A model generated the notes under the pieces. That model was not told the DNA's origin, ran no database searches, and worked only from the letters and a program-made list of their open reading frames with translations. A program made the translations under genes and the position numbers. From an uncultured Actinomycetota bacterium (GTDB lineage: Bacteria > Actinomycetota > Actinomycetes > JAHEKZ01): a stretch of 64,000 nt of DNA. Below, in pieces: positions 33,698 through 44,101 of the stretch. Each line of letters opens with the position of its first letter. Position 1 is the first letter of the stretch. The stretch covers positions 160,001 through 224,000 of the forward strand of contig CAVURN010000002.1 in the NCBI GenBank assembly GCA_963743915.1. The letters are read 5' to 3'.

Positions 33698-34024
33698 CGG
33701 TCCCTGGGACGGTGGCGCCGGCAGCTCACGCTCGCCGAAGGGCCTGAGCGCATCCGGCATCTCGGGGGCCGGCTCCCTTCCTCCGTTGGCGAACACGACT
33801 GCGACGTACGGGATGAGGAGCGCACCCGCGACGAAGAGCCAGCGCCACACACCGTCGGTCACCACGGCCAAAGCGAAGCAGACGATCCGGATGCTCATGG
33901 AGACCACGTAGCCCCGCACGCGCGCGGCCTGGTCGTCGGCGATGCTCTTGCGTGCGGTCGTGATGCGGTAGGCGGGGCTGCTGGCGGTCCGGCTGCCGGG
34001 GCGCGCCCCCTTGATGAGACTCAT
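33680..34024 (-). CDS. DUF3099 family membrane protein
   Basis: ITTA...R..Y..SM.IRIVCF...LIPYVAVVFAN. Confidence 0.85.
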   Translation of the reverse strand: MSLIKGARPGSRTASSPAYRITTARKSIADDQAARVRGYVVSMSIRIVCFALAVVTDGVWRWLFVAGALLIPYVAVVFANGGREPAPEMPDALRPFGERELPAPPSQGPSATDR

Positions 34025-34150
34025 CGGGGGTCCTCCTCGCTGCCACGGTACGCCCCGCCCACCCCGCCCGCCATTCCGAGCGTTCGGTCGACCCTCGCGC
34101 TTGCCTGACCAGGGTGAAGTGCTGAAGGTTGGGCACGGAGGAGCACTCTC

Positions 34151-34552
34151 ATGGACAAGTCACGCAAGCCGATGTCCAGCAAGAGGCCGCCGGTGGCGGC
34201 GGACACGCACGCCGACATCGACGCCTGGATCCGGCGGGTGATGCCGGACCTGCATCCTCTCGTGACGCAGCTGGACGAAGCGATCCGCGAGGCAATTCCG
34301 GGACTCCACTACGCCGTCAAGTGGAAGAAGGCGTACTACGGCCTGCCCGAGCTCGGATGGATCATCGAGATGGTCGCCTACGACGTCTCCGTCAATGTCG
34401 TGTTCCTCGGCGGCGCGGCCTTCAAACCTCCACCGCCCTTGGGGGAGGCGGAGCAGGCCCGCTACGTCAAGATCAGGACTCTGGAGGAGGCACAGAGACC
34501 GGAGATCCGCACCTGGATCGAGCAGGCGGGACGTGTGCCGGGGTGGAGGTAG
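34151..34552 (+). CDS. DUF1801 (YdhG-like) protein
   Basis: IDAWI...LDEAIREAIPGL.YAVKWKKAYY...W IEQA; GGAGGAG RBS. Confidence 0.8.
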   Translation: MDKSRKPMSSKRPPVAADTHADIDAWIRRVMPDLHPLVTQLDEAIREAIPGLHYAVKWKKAYYGLPELGWIIEMVAYDVSVNVVFLGGAAFKPPPPLGEAEQARYVKIRTLEEAQRPEIRTWIEQAGRVPGWR

Positions 34553-34631
34553 GACCGCTCGCGAGAAGTTGGCAAGATCACAGTGCCCAGACCGCGACCT
34601 GTGCGCGGGCACACCGACCCGAGGAGGCCTC

Positions 34632-34844
34632 GTGGCCAACCGCACGTACCGGATGACCGAGATCGTGGGAACGTCGACCGAGAGCATGGAGGACGCCGTC
34701 CGTAACGGCGTCTCCCGGGCCTCACAGACCCTGCGGCACCTGGACTGGTTCGAGATCACCGAGGTCCGAGGGCAGATCGACGGGGGTGACGTCCGCCACT
34801 GGCAGGTGGGGATGAAGATCGGCTTCCGGCTCGAGGACTCCTGA
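34632..34844 (+). CDS. Dodecin (flavin-binding)
   Basis: TYRMTEIVGTS...A..RASQTLRHLDWFEITEVRG...WQVGMKIGFRL; GAGGAGG RBS. Confidence 0.95.
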   Translation: MANRTYRMTEIVGTSTESMEDAVRNGVSRASQTLRHLDWFEITEVRGQIDGGDVRHWQVGMKIGFRLEDS

Positions 34845-34852
34845 GCCTGTGG

Positions 34853-36232
34853 TCACGACGCCTGGCTGACCGTCGACATGTTGAAGTCGTGGATCCGCAA
34901 GGGGGGCATGGCGACCCTGGTGAAGAAGTCGCTCCACTCGCGGGGGAGTGACACCTCGGTGGCCCCGGCCCCCGTGACGCGCGACAGCAGGTCGACCGGG
35001 CTCTCGTTGAACCGGAAGTTGTTCACCGCACCGACGACCTCTCCGCCCTCGACGAGATAGACACCGTCGCGGGTGAGACCGGTCAGCAGCAGCGTCTGCG
35101 GATCGACCTCGCGGATGTACCACAGTGTGGTCAGCAGAAGTCCGCGCTCGGTGCCCCCGACGAGGTCGTCGAGCGAACCGGTGCCGCCGTCGACCTCGAG
35201 TGCGAGGTTGTCGACCATCGGGGTCATCGGTCCACCGGCGAGCGTGACGCTGTGCCGGGTCTGGCCGAGCGAGGTGAGGACACCGTGGTCCACCCACGCG
35301 GTGCGCTGCAGGGCCAGACCGTTGTCGAACACCGACTGCTCAGAGCTGGACGCGTGGGCGACGACGAACGGTGCGCACTCCATGCCGGGGTAGGCGGGGT
35401 CGCTGAGCAGCGTGAGCGGCACCTCGGTGAGGCGCTCACCGATCCTCGTCCCACCACCCGGTCTGGAGAAGACGGTGCGCCCCTCGGCGGCGTCACGCGC
35501 GGCGCCCGACCAGTACTGGTAGACGAGCAGGTCGGCGACCGCCGAGGGGGGCAGGACGACGTCGTAGCGTCCCGGGTCGAGAGCGAGCGTGCGCCTCGAC
35601 CACCCCAGTCGAGTGCGCACGTCGGCGTCGAGCCGGTCGACGTCGACGTCGGTGAAGTCGCGGGTGGAGAGCCCGACCCAGGTCGAGGACGTGCGCTGGT
35701 CCGCCTTGCCGGTGATCTCGACCCGACCCGTGGGTTGAACGTGTCGGAGCCGCAGTCCCGCGGAGTTGCCGAGGTACGTGGTGGTGACGTCGTGCTCGGC
35801 GAAGCCGAACAGCTCGATCTCCTGGGACCTGGCCCGTCCGAACCACTCGCCCAACGCGGGGGCGAACGCATCGAACACCGTCGGAGACGTCTCGTCCGGT
35901 GCCAGCTCGAACGCGTCGACGGCACCGCCGGGCACCAGGTCGTTCGCGTCCGGGGCCGGGGCGCTCGCGCGTGCTGACGACTCGGCTCGTGCCACCAGCG
36001 CGAGGACGTCGGCCGCGTCGGTCACGCTCGCGCTGGCCACCCCAGCAGCCTGGCCGTCCGGACGTGCGTCCACGGCGATCACGGTGAGGTCGCGGCTGTG
36101 CATGACACCGTTGGTCGTGAGCGTGTTGGCCGCCCATCGGAGGTTGGTCTGCGAGTGCTCCTGGCAGATGACCGTCATGGCGTCGACGGTCCTGGCCGCG
36201 AGGGCCGACTCGACGATCTCGTGAGCTCTCAT
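34853..36232 (-). CDS. TldE/PmbA family metalloprotease subunit
   Basis: [55 protein letters not shown]. Confidence 0.9.
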   Translation of the reverse strand: MRAHEIVESALAARTVDAMTVICQEHSQTNLRWAANTLTTNGVMHSRDLTVIAVDARPDGQAAGVASASVTDAADVLALVARAESSARASAPAPDANDLVPGGAVDAFELAPDETSPTVFDAFAPALGEWFGRARSQEIELFGFAEHDVTTTYLGNSAGLRLRHVQPTGRVEITGKADQRTSSTWVGLSTRDFTDVDVDRLDADVRTRLGWSRRTLALDPGRYDVVLPPSAVADLLVYQYWSGAARDAAEGRTVFSRPGGGTRIGERLTEVPLTLLSDPAYPGMECAPFVVAHASSSEQSVFDNGLALQRTAWVDHGVLTSLGQTRHSVTLAGGPMTPMVDNLALEVDGGTGSLDDLVGGTERGLLLTTLWYIREVDPQTLLLTGLTRDGVYLVEGGEVVGAVNNFRFNESPVDLLSRVTGAGATEVSLPREWSDFFTRVAMPPLRIHDFNMSTVSQAS

Positions 36233-37734
36233 CGGGCGCCCTCGTCTGCGGTGTTCAGGATGTTGACGGAGGTGAATCGCGCACTGGGCGCGCCGTGGCT
36301 CACCGGCGCCACCTGTCCTGGCTGCGCCTTGCCGCAGTTGAACGCTCCCGCCAGCAGGTAGGTCTGAGGGCCGCCGACGGCAGCCATCGAGCCCCAGAAG
36401 TCAGTCGTGGTCGCCTGGTACGCGACGTCCTTGACCTGTCCGGCAAGTCGGCCGGACTTGATCCGGAAGAAGCGCTGCCCCGTGAACTGGAAGTTGTAGC
36501 GCTGCATGTCGATCGACCAGCTCTTGTCGCCCACGACGTAGAGGCCGTCCTCGACTCCGGAGATGAGCTCGTCGGTCGACGGCCCTCCTGCAGCCGGCTG
36601 CAGGCTGACGTTGGCCATCCGTTGGATGGGCACGTGGCCAGGGGAGTCGGCGAAGGCGCAGCCGTTGGAGCGGTCGTAGCCGACCCGTGAGGCGATCCGA
36701 CGGTCGAGCTGGTACCCGACCAGGACGCCGTCCCGGATGATGTCGAACTGTTGCGCCGCCACACCCTCGTCGTCGTACCCCACGCTGGAGAGCCCGTGCT
36801 CGGCGGTGCGGTCACCGGTGACGTGCATGTGCTCGGAGCCGTACCGCAGGGTGCCGAGCTTGTCGGGTGTGGCGAAGGACATCCCCGCGTAGTTGGCCTC
36901 GTACCCGAGTGCTCGGTCCAGCTCGGTGGCGTGACCGATCGACTCGTGGATCGTCAGCCACAGGTTGGTCGGGTCGATCACCAGGTCGTAGCTCCCTGGT
37001 TCCACGCTGGGGGACCGGAGCTTCTCGACCAGCCACCCCGGCAGCTGGGCGAGCTCGGTGTCCCAGTCCCACCCGGTTCCCCCGAGGTACTCCCATCCCC
37101 GTCCGACCGGCGGTGCGACGGTGCTCATCGTCTCGAAGGCACCACTGGCCGCGTCGATGGCAACGGCAGTGAGCTCGGGGTGCAGTCGGACGCGCTGCTG
37201 CGTCGTCACGGTACCCGCGAGGTCGGCGTAGTACTTGTTCTCCTTGACAGCGAGCAGTGAGGCGTCCACGTGGTCGACACCGTCGGCATCGAGGAGGCGC
37301 CGGCTCCAGTCCTGGAGCACCGCCACCTTCGACTCGACGGGCACCGTCCACGGATCGATCTCGTACGCGGAGACCCAGGTGGCCGCGGCGTGCACGGGCT
37401 CGGGCGACAGGTCGACCGGCTCGGTGTTCACCGGCGCACTGACCCGGGCGAGGTCGATCGCCTTCCGAGCGGTGCGGGCCGCCGCATCGGGGGTGCGCTC
37501 GAGGTCAGCGGCGAAGCCCCAGGTGCCGTCCACGACGACGCGCACCGAGTAGCCGACGTCCTCGCTGTCGTTGGTCCCCTCGACCTCAGCGTCGCGGAGC
37601 CTGATCGAGGAGCCGAGGATCCGTTCCATGCGGAAGGCCGCGTAGGACGCGCCTCCGTCGCGGGCCGCCTGGAGCGCGGCATCGGCGAGAGCTGCGAGGG
37701 GCAGGGTCAAGAACTCGTCGTCGATCCCGGTCAC
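36229..37734 (-). CDS. tldD: TldD family metalloprotease
   Basis: LTIHESIGHATELDR (HExxGH), IQRMAN, FNCGKAQPGQ. Confidence 0.93.
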   Translation of the reverse strand: MTGIDDEFLTLPLAALADAALQAARDGGASYAAFRMERILGSSIRLRDAEVEGTNDSEDVGYSVRVVVDGTWGFAADLERTPDAAARTARKAIDLARVSAPVNTEPVDLSPEPVHAAATWVSAYEIDPWTVPVESKVAVLQDWSRRLLDADGVDHVDASLLAVKENKYYADLAGTVTTQQRVRLHPELTAVAIDAASGAFETMSTVAPPVGRGWEYLGGTGWDWDTELAQLPGWLVEKLRSPSVEPGSYDLVIDPTNLWLTIHESIGHATELDRALGYEANYAGMSFATPDKLGTLRYGSEHMHVTGDRTAEHGLSSVGYDDEGVAAQQFDIIRDGVLVGYQLDRRIASRVGYDRSNGCAFADSPGHVPIQRMANVSLQPAAGGPSTDELISGVEDGLYVVGDKSWSIDMQRYNFQFTGQRFFRIKSGRLAGQVKDVAYQATTTDFWGSMAAVGGPQTYLLAGAFNCGKAQPGQVAPVSHGAPSARFTSVNILNTADEGAR

Positions 37735-37907
37735 CAGGCCTCCTGTCGGTGGGCCGGAGGGGCCGGCCACGGCCTTCTGAACCTACCTGCCCGGGTCGCC
37801 GTTGTCGGTAGCCCGATAGCGTTTCGTCGGCCGTTCCGGCGGCTGTCGTCGACGCAGGGTCGGCGGCCCGATCCCGGAGGATGCACGCCGGGCCACGGAC
37901 GGGAGTG

Positions 37908-38616
37908 ATGGTGGCGCGATCGGTGCTCATCACAGGCGGCAACCGAGGGATCGGCTGGGAGATCGCCCAGGCCTTCGCTCGAGCTCGGTGACCACGTGGC
38001 CATCACCTACCGGTCGGGGGAGCCGCCGGCCGGTGTCTTCGCGGTGCAGGCGGATGTCACCGACCCGGAGTCCCTCGATGCGGCGTTCGCCGCGGTCGAG
38101 GAGCACCAAGGCCCGGTCGAGGTGCTGGTGGCCAACGCCGGCATCACCCGCGACACCCTGCTGCTGCGGATGACCGACGAGGACTTCGACGCCGTGCTCC
38201 AGACGAACCTGGTCGGTGCCTATCGCGTGGCGCGACGCGCGAGCAAGGGCATGCTGCGTCTGCGGCGCGGACGCCTGATCTTCATCTCGTCGGTGGTCGC
38301 GACCCTGGGCTCCGCCGGGCAGACCAACTACGCGGCCGCGAAGGCCGGTCTGATCGGCTTCGCCCGCTCGACGGCGCGTGAGCTCGGTTCGCGGGGGATC
38401 ACCGCCAACGTCGTGGCGCCGGGGTTCGTCGAGACGGACATGACCAACGAGCTCGCCGAGACCCGCAAGGACCAGATCCTCGGTCAGATCCCGCTGGGCC
38501 GGTTCGCCTCCCCCCGCGAGGTGGCGGAGGTGGTCACGTTCCTGGCCGGGGACGGCGGCGCGTACATCACCGGTGCGGTGGTCCCGGTCGACGGCGGCCT
38601 GGGCATGGGCCACTGA
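37908..38616 (+). CDS. fabG: 3-oxoacyl-ACP reductase FabG (frameshift ~37985)
   Basis: SVLITGGNRGIG, VANAGITRD, NYAAAKAG, PGFVETDMT, VDGGLGMGH; upstream of fabI. Confidence 0.95.
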
Positions 38617-38686
38617 TCCGGGAGCCGCGGCCCCCTAGGCTGCGGCCCTACGATCACTCCACCCCTCTACCGCTCAGGAGTTCGAC

Positions 38687-39454
38687 ATGACGTTGCTCGC
38701 GGGCAAGCGGGTGCTGGTCACGGGCGTGCTCACCGAGGCCTCGATCGCCTTCCACGTCGCCCGGCTGGCCCAGGAGCAGGGAGCCACGGTGGTGCTCAGC
38801 TCGCAGGCGCGCACCCTGCGACTTGTGGAGCGGATCGCCAGGCGGCTGCCGACCGAGGCGCCCGTCGTGGAGCTCGATGTGACCTCCGAGGACGACCTCG
38901 CCGCGTTGTCCTCCCGGGTCGGGGCCCACGTCGATGCCCTCGACGGCGTGCTGCACTCGATCGGCTTCGCGCCCGAGAGCGCACTGGGGGGCAACTTCCT
39001 GCACACCGACTGGCCGGACGTCGCCGTCGCACTGCAGATCTCGGCGTTCTCGCTGAAGTCGCTGACCGTGGCCTGCCGTCCCCTGATGGCGCCGAAGGCC
39101 GCCGTCGTGGGGCTGACGTTCGACGCCACCGTCGCCTGGCCGACCTACGACTGGATGGGCGTGGCCAAGGCGGCTTTCGAGTCCACCGCGCGCTACCTCG
39201 CCCGTGACCTCGGCAGCTCGGGAGTGCGGGTCAACCTGGTCGCCGCGGGACCGATCCGCACCATGGCCGCCAAGAGCATCCCGGGGTTCGAGCAGTTCGA
39301 GGCGATGTGGCAGAACCGGGCACCGCTGGGCTGGGACGTCAACGACCCGGTGCCGGCAGCGCAGGCCGCCGTGGCGCTGCTCTCCGACTGGTTCCCCGCC
39401 ACCAGCGGCGAGATCGTGCACGTCGACGGTGGTGTCCACGCGATCGGTGGCTGA
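38687..39454 (+). CDS. fabI: Enoyl-ACP reductase FabI (InhA-type)
   Basis: GKRVLVTGVLTEASIAF, LHSIGFAP, YDWMGVAK, AGPIRTMAA, HVDGGVH. Confidence 0.97.
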   Translation: MTLLAGKRVLVTGVLTEASIAFHVARLAQEQGATVVLSSQARTLRLVERIARRLPTEAPVVELDVTSEDDLAALSSRVGAHVDALDGVLHSIGFAPESALGGNFLHTDWPDVAVALQISAFSLKSLTVACRPLMAPKAAVVGLTFDATVAWPTYDWMGVAKAAFESTARYLARDLGSSGVRVNLVAAGPIRTMAAKSIPGFEQFEAMWQNRAPLGWDVNDPVPAAQAAVALLSDWFPATSGEIVHVDGGVHAIGG

Positions 39455-39457
39455 CCG

Positions 39458-39928
39458 GTGCCGACCCTCGTGATGCTGCGGCACGCCAAGTCCGCCTACC
39501 CGGAGGGTGTCGATGACCACGACCGACCGCTGAACGCCAGAGGCGAGCGCGACGCCCGACGCGCGGGGGAGCTGCTCGCCGAGTCGTACTCCTTCGACCG
39601 CGTCCTGGTCTCGACGGCGGTGCGGGCGCAGCAGACGTGGCAGCTGGTGGGCCGAGCGTTCTCGGTGACGACGGCAGAGAGCCTGCCGGCGTTGTACCTG
39701 GCGACCCGCGGCGAGCTGCTCGACATCGTCAGGCAGCTGCCCACTGACTGTGGCACCGCCCTGCTGGTGGGCCACAACGAGGGCATGGAGGAGTGCGTCT
39801 CCGCGCTCTGCGGTGAGCGGACGGTGCTCAAGACCGCCACCTTCGCGGCGCTGGCCGGCCCACTGGCCTGGAGGCAGTGGGACTGGGGCAACGCCCGCCT
39901 GGAGGTCACGGTGGTCGCCCGCGGGTGA
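39458..39928 (+). CDS. SixA-like histidine phosphatase
   Basis: LRHAKS..DHDRPLNARG, STAVRAQQT, LVGHNEG. Confidence 0.9.
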   Translation: MPTLVMLRHAKSAYPEGVDDHDRPLNARGERDARRAGELLAESYSFDRVLVSTAVRAQQTWQLVGRAFSVTTAESLPALYLATRGELLDIVRQLPTDCGTALLVGHNEGMEECVSALCGERTVLKTATFAALAGPLAWRQWDWGNARLEVTVVARG

Positions 39929-39934
39929 CGCCGC

Positions 39935-41206
39935 TCAGTCGTCGGCGTGCTCGACCTCCGCGCGGCTGATGCCGAGCAGGAACAGGATGCTGTCGAGGTA
40001 GGGCACGTTCACCGCGGTGTCGGCGGCCTGGCGGACCATCGGCTTGGCGTTGAACGCGATCCCCAGCCCTGCCGTCTCGAGCATGTCGAGGTCGTTGGCC
40101 CCGTCACCGATGGCCACGGTCTGCGCGAGCGGCACCCCGGAGCTGCGAGCGAAGAAGCGCAGGGCGTGCGCCTTGGCCGCACGATCGACGATCGGGTCGA
40201 CGACCTCGCCGGTGAGGCGTCCGTCGCGCACCTGGAGTGTGTTGGCGAGGCTGAAGTCGAGCTCGAGCTCGTGGGCGAGTCGGTCGGTCACCACGTCGAA
40301 GCCACCGCTGACGATGCCGCACTGGTAACCCAGCCGCTTCAGCGTGCGGATGAGTGTCCGGGCCCCGGGTGTGAGCTCGACGTCGTCGGCGACCTGGTGG
40401 AGAGCGGCGGCGTCAAGGCCGGCCATCAGTCTGACCCGGCGCCGCAGTGACTCGGCGAAGTCGATCTCCCCGCGCATGGCAGCGCGGGTGATCTCGGCAA
40501 CCTCCTGCTCGCAGCCTGCATGCGCCGCCAGCATCTCGATCACCTCGCCCTGGATCAGGGTCGAGTCGACGTCCATGACGACCAGGCGCTTGGCCCGGCG
40601 GTGCAGCCCGGCAGGCTGCACGGCCACGTCGACACCGGCGGTAGCAGCCTCGGTCGTGAGCTGGGAGCGGAGCACCTGCTGCTCGGCGCCGGACACCTGC
40701 AGCTCCAGGGCGGTCACGGGGTACGCCGCCAGCCGCTGGATGGTGTCGATGTTGCCCCCACAGGCGGCAATGGTGCGGGCCACGGTGGCGACGGCGTCCG
40801 GGCGCAGGGGGGACCCGAGCACCGTCACATGGGTGCGCTCGGAAGGGGGAGCGGAGTCCTGCGCCGGTCGTCGCTCGTAGGCAAGGGTGAGCCCCCCACC
40901 GAGCTGTTCGACCACCTGCGTCGCCGTCGACTCGATCGCGTGCAAGGTCGCCTCGACGTCCGTGGTGACGTCGTGGTGCTGGTGCGGGTCGGGGAAGACC
41001 AGCGAGGCGAGGATCAGCTGCCCGCTCGTGACCACCTGCTCGACGTCCAGGACCAGGATCGGAAGGGTGGCCAGGCCCGAGAAGAAGGCTCGGCTGACGC
41101 CGGGCCGGTCCGGTCCGGAGATCGTGAGCAGGACCGCGGTGCCGGAGACCGTGACGTCAGTGGGGACCGGCGGGGCGTGCGGAGACGTCAGGTGCAGGTC
41201 ACTCAT
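39935..41206 (-). CDS. serB: Phosphoserine phosphatase SerB (two ACT domains + HAD)
   Basis: ISGPDRPGV, MDVDSTLIQGEVIE, VSGGF, GDGANDLDM, FNAKP. Confidence 0.96.
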   Translation of the reverse strand: MSDLHLTSPHAPPVPTDVTVSGTAVLLTISGPDRPGVSRAFFSGLATLPILVLDVEQVVTSGQLILASLVFPDPHQHHDVTTDVEATLHAIESTATQVVEQLGGGLTLAYERRPAQDSAPPSERTHVTVLGSPLRPDAVATVARTIAACGGNIDTIQRLAAYPVTALELQVSGAEQQVLRSQLTTEAATAGVDVAVQPAGLHRRAKRLVVMDVDSTLIQGEVIEMLAAHAGCEQEVAEITRAAMRGEIDFAESLRRRVRLMAGLDAAALHQVADDVELTPGARTLIRTLKRLGYQCGIVSGGFDVVTDRLAHELELDFSLANTLQVRDGRLTGEVVDPIVDRAAKAHALRFFARSSGVPLAQTVAIGDGANDLDMLETAGLGIAFNAKPMVRQAADTAVNVPYLDSILFLLGISRAEVEHADD

Positions 41207-41234
41207 GGCCCGTCCACGCTACCGAGCGGGAGCA

Positions 41235-41990
41235 TCACCGCCATGGTCGGGCGGCTGCTCCACCGCGCAGCCCCTCGTTCCAGGCCACGGCGTGCGCGGC
41301 ACGGGCGGCGCGGACGAGCTCCCGGAGGACCGTGGCACGGGCGACAGTCTCCGCAGACGTACGACTGCCTCCGGCGTCCTGCAGGGCGAGCTCGGCCAGC
41401 TGGAGCAGACGCAGGCTGCGCGTGGCCAAGCGGTCCGCGCGCTCGGGCCAGCCCGGCGGTGTCGGATCGGCTCCGTGCCACGAGGTCAGCAGGCCTTCGA
41501 CCTCGCTCCGCCAGTCGGCGACCTCCAGCGCACCCAGCTGCTCGATGCTCGTGGTGACCGCCTCGAGGAGCAGGCGCTCGGCCTCCGACACGGTGTCCGC
41601 CGGAGCGGAACCGGTCCCGTCGGTGTCGAGGGTGATCCAGGTCAGCGTGTCCTCACCCCGCAGGGGCACCATGCCGACCCTCGGGCCGGCGGTGGCCACG
41701 AGCGCCACCCCTGCCTCCAGGGCGCGTGCGGCGAACCGGGAGGGCCCGGGCAGCGAAGGTCCGTCGCCGGGAGCCACGGGGACGTAGCGCCAGCCAGGGA
41801 TCCCGGACGAGCGCCAGCGCCCGAGGGCGGTGAGAAAGGGAGAGGGGTCGGACTCCTCGTCGAGGAACACGACGCGCAGGCGGTCGGATTCCAGGACGTC
41901 CATCGCACGTTCCGCCGACACCTCACCGCGCAGGGCAGCCGAGGACCAGGCGGCCAGCATCGCAGCGTGACGGAGGGTGGGGATGTGCAC
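41235..41990 (-). CDS. Conserved actinobacterial hypothetical protein
   Basis: LAAWSSAALRGEVS, PVAPGDGPSLPGP, EAERLLLEAV, LVRAARAA; TACCGT-N6-GTG; usual position between serB and ABC ATPase. Confidence 0.75.
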   Translation of the reverse strand: MHIPTLRHAAMLAAWSSAALRGEVSAERAMDVLESDRLRVVFLDEESDPSPFLTALGRWRSSGIPGWRYVPVAPGDGPSLPGPSRFAARALEAGVALVATAGPRVGMVPLRGEDTLTWITLDTDGTGSAPADTVSEAERLLLEAVTTSIEQLGALEVADWRSEVEGLLTSWHGADPTPPGWPERADRLATRSLRLLQLAELALQDAGGSRTSAETVARATVLRELVRAARAAHAVAWNEGLRGGAAARPWR

Positions 41991-42053
41991 GACGCCACGG
42001 TACGACGGGCCGCGCGTCCGCCCTCCCGGCGGAGGTCGGCATAGGTTGGACCC

Positions 42054-42848
42054 GTGCCGGTGCTGCAGCTCTCCGACGTGACCGTGGTGCGGAGCGGGGC
42101 CCGGATCCTGGACGGCGTCAGCTGGACGGTGGCGGAGGACGAGCGCTGGGTCGTGCTGGGTCCGAACGGTGCCGGCAAGACCACCCTGCTGCAGATCGCG
42201 GCTGCGCGGATGCACCCGACCTCGGGCACCGCTGAGGTGCTGGGCGAACGCCTCGGCGCCGTGGACGTCTTCGAGCTGCGACCCCGGATCGGACTGACGA
42301 GCTCGGCGTTCGCCGAGACGATCCCGGCCGGGGAGCGCGTGCTCGACCTGGTGATGTCGGCGGGTTACGCGGTGACGGGACGCTGGCACGAGGAGTACGC
42401 CTCTCTCGACGAGCGACGTGCGGCCGACCTGCTGGCCGCGATGGGAGCCGGGCAGCTGCACGACCGCCGGTTCGGGACGCTCAGCGAAGGTGAGCGGAAG
42501 CGGGTGCAGATCGCGCGCGCCCTGATGACCGACCCCGAGCTGGTGATCCTCGACGAACCCGCAGCTGGCCTCGACCTCGGTTCCCGCGAGGACCTGCTCA
42601 CCCGGCTGTCCGACCTCGCCGCACAGCCAGAAGGACCGGTCGTCGTGCTCGTGACGCACCACGTGGAGGAGATCCCTCGGGACTTCACGCATGCGCTGTT
42701 GATGCGCGCAGGTCGAGTCGTCGCCGCCGGCCCTGTCGCAGAGGTGCTCACGACGCCCTGGCTCACCGCGACCTTCGGGCTGCCGCTGCTGCTGACCGAG
42801 CACGCCGGTCGCTACTTCGCGCAGGCGCTGCTCCCGCCCTCGTCGTAG
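42054..42848 (+). CDS. ABC ATP-binding protein (ModF/YlmA-like, orphan)
   Basis: GPNGAGKTT, TLSEGERKR, LDEPAAGLD, VTHHVEE. Confidence 0.93.
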   Translation: MPVLQLSDVTVVRSGARILDGVSWTVAEDERWVVLGPNGAGKTTLLQIAAARMHPTSGTAEVLGERLGAVDVFELRPRIGLTSSAFAETIPAGERVLDLVMSAGYAVTGRWHEEYASLDERRAADLLAAMGAGQLHDRRFGTLSEGERKRVQIARALMTDPELVILDEPAAGLDLGSREDLLTRLSDLAAQPEGPVVVLVTHHVEEIPRDFTHALLMRAGRVVAAGPVAEVLTTPWLTATFGLPLLLTEHAGRYFAQALLPPSS

Positions 42849-42856
42849 GCGACCGT

Positions 42857-44032
42857 TCAGCGACCGGGCGGTGACGTCCACGGCAGGGCCATGACCTCGA
42901 CCTCGTTGCCCGGCTGCAGGGTGCCGGTGCCGGGAGGGACCACGACCATCAGGTCGGCGGTCGAGACACCGGTGAGCATCGCCGGACCGCGACGCGTCGA
43001 AGGTTCGACACCTTCGGCGTGCCACCGGCCGGGGATCAGCCGGTGCGAGGTGGGGTGAGCATCGACGGCGGTGGACAGCCGAACCCGCCGCAGGACGGGC
43101 AAGGTCCGACCCTCCAGGGCCCCGAGCGCAGGAGCGGCCAGCGTCAGCAGCCCCGAGACCGCCGCGAGGGGATTTCCGGGCAGGGCGACGAGGAGACGGC
43201 CGCCGGGCAGGCGGCCGAGCTTCATCGGGTGGCCGGGACGGACCTGGACCCCGTCCACGTGCCAGGTGCCCCCGAGATCGGCCACCGCAGCGCGGACGTG
43301 GTCGGCCGGCCCGCGTGCGGTACCGCCGGTCGTGAGGACGAGATCGGCATCGACGTCCAGTGCCTCGCGGGTCGCGTCGAGCCGGTCCGGGACGTGCCGC
43401 AGGTCGACGGGGAGACCTCCCATCGCCGACACCCACGCCGGCAGCTGCGGGGCGAGGGCATCGCGGACCGCGCCTCCCGTCGGCACCCCCGTGGTGTTCA
43501 GCTCGTCCCCCAGGACAGCGACGGCGACGCGCGGGGGAGGGACGACAGCGAGCTGGTCGTGACCGGCGGCGGCGGCCAGACCGACGGCGGGCGGCGTCAG
43601 GACCGTGCCGGCCACCAGGACGGTCTCGTGGGTCCGGATCTCCTCACCGCGGCGGCGGACGTCGTGACCGGGCGGCAGCGGGGGACCGTCGTACCGCAGG
43701 ACGCCGTCGACCTCACTGCCGTGCTCGGTGCGCAGCACGGCCGCCCCGACCGGGACCACCGCCCCGGTGCTGATGCGCACCGACTGGCCGTCGGCGAGCC
43801 CCAGGGGGTTCTGGCCCGCCCGCGACTCTCCGACCACCGTCCACGGCCCGGACCCGAGGACCGCCCACCCGTCCATGGCGGCGGTGTCGAACGGCGGCAG
43901 GTCGACGCGCGACGCGACCGTCTCGGCCAGCACCGATCCGACCGCCTCGGGCAGGGGGACGAGGTGGGGTGGGAGGGCGTCGGCGACCGCCGCTGCCGTC
44001 GTCCGCGCCTCGGGCCAGCTCATCTCGCTCAC
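42857..44032 (-). CDS. moeA: Molybdopterin molybdotransferase MoeA
   Basis: LPPFDTAAMDGWAV, ISTGA, LGDEL, TTGGTARGPAD, RPGHP, LPGNPLAA. Confidence 0.93.
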   Translation of the reverse strand: MSEMSWPEARTTAAAVADALPPHLVPLPEAVGSVLAETVASRVDLPPFDTAAMDGWAVLGSGPWTVVGESRAGQNPLGLADGQSVRISTGAVVPVGAAVLRTEHGSEVDGVLRYDGPPLPPGHDVRRRGEEIRTHETVLVAGTVLTPPAVGLAAAAGHDQLAVVPPPRVAVAVLGDELNTTGVPTGGAVRDALAPQLPAWVSAMGGLPVDLRHVPDRLDATREALDVDADLVLTTGGTARGPADHVRAAVADLGGTWHVDGVQVRPGHPMKLGRLPGGRLLVALPGNPLAAVSGLLTLAAPALGALEGRTLPVLRRVRLSTAVDAHPTSHRLIPGRWHAEGVEPSTRRGPAMLTGVSTADLMVVVPPGTGTLQPGNEVEVMALPWTSPPGR

Positions 44033-44101
44033 GCGGTGACGGTACCTGTCTGCGGCGCGCAATCCGGCCCGGGTCGGCCGGCTGCCCACTAGGCTCACCG
44101 C

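Noticed and set aside
34853-37734. TldD/TldE as part of a RiPP cluster
   Set aside because: No precursor peptide, YcaO or other maturase nearby; the position beside fabG is the usual housekeeping context in actinomycetes.
41235-43436. 733-aa minus-strand ORF
   Set aside because: Only the last ~250 aa (from GTG 41990) look coding; the rest overlaps the ABC ATPase and moeA.
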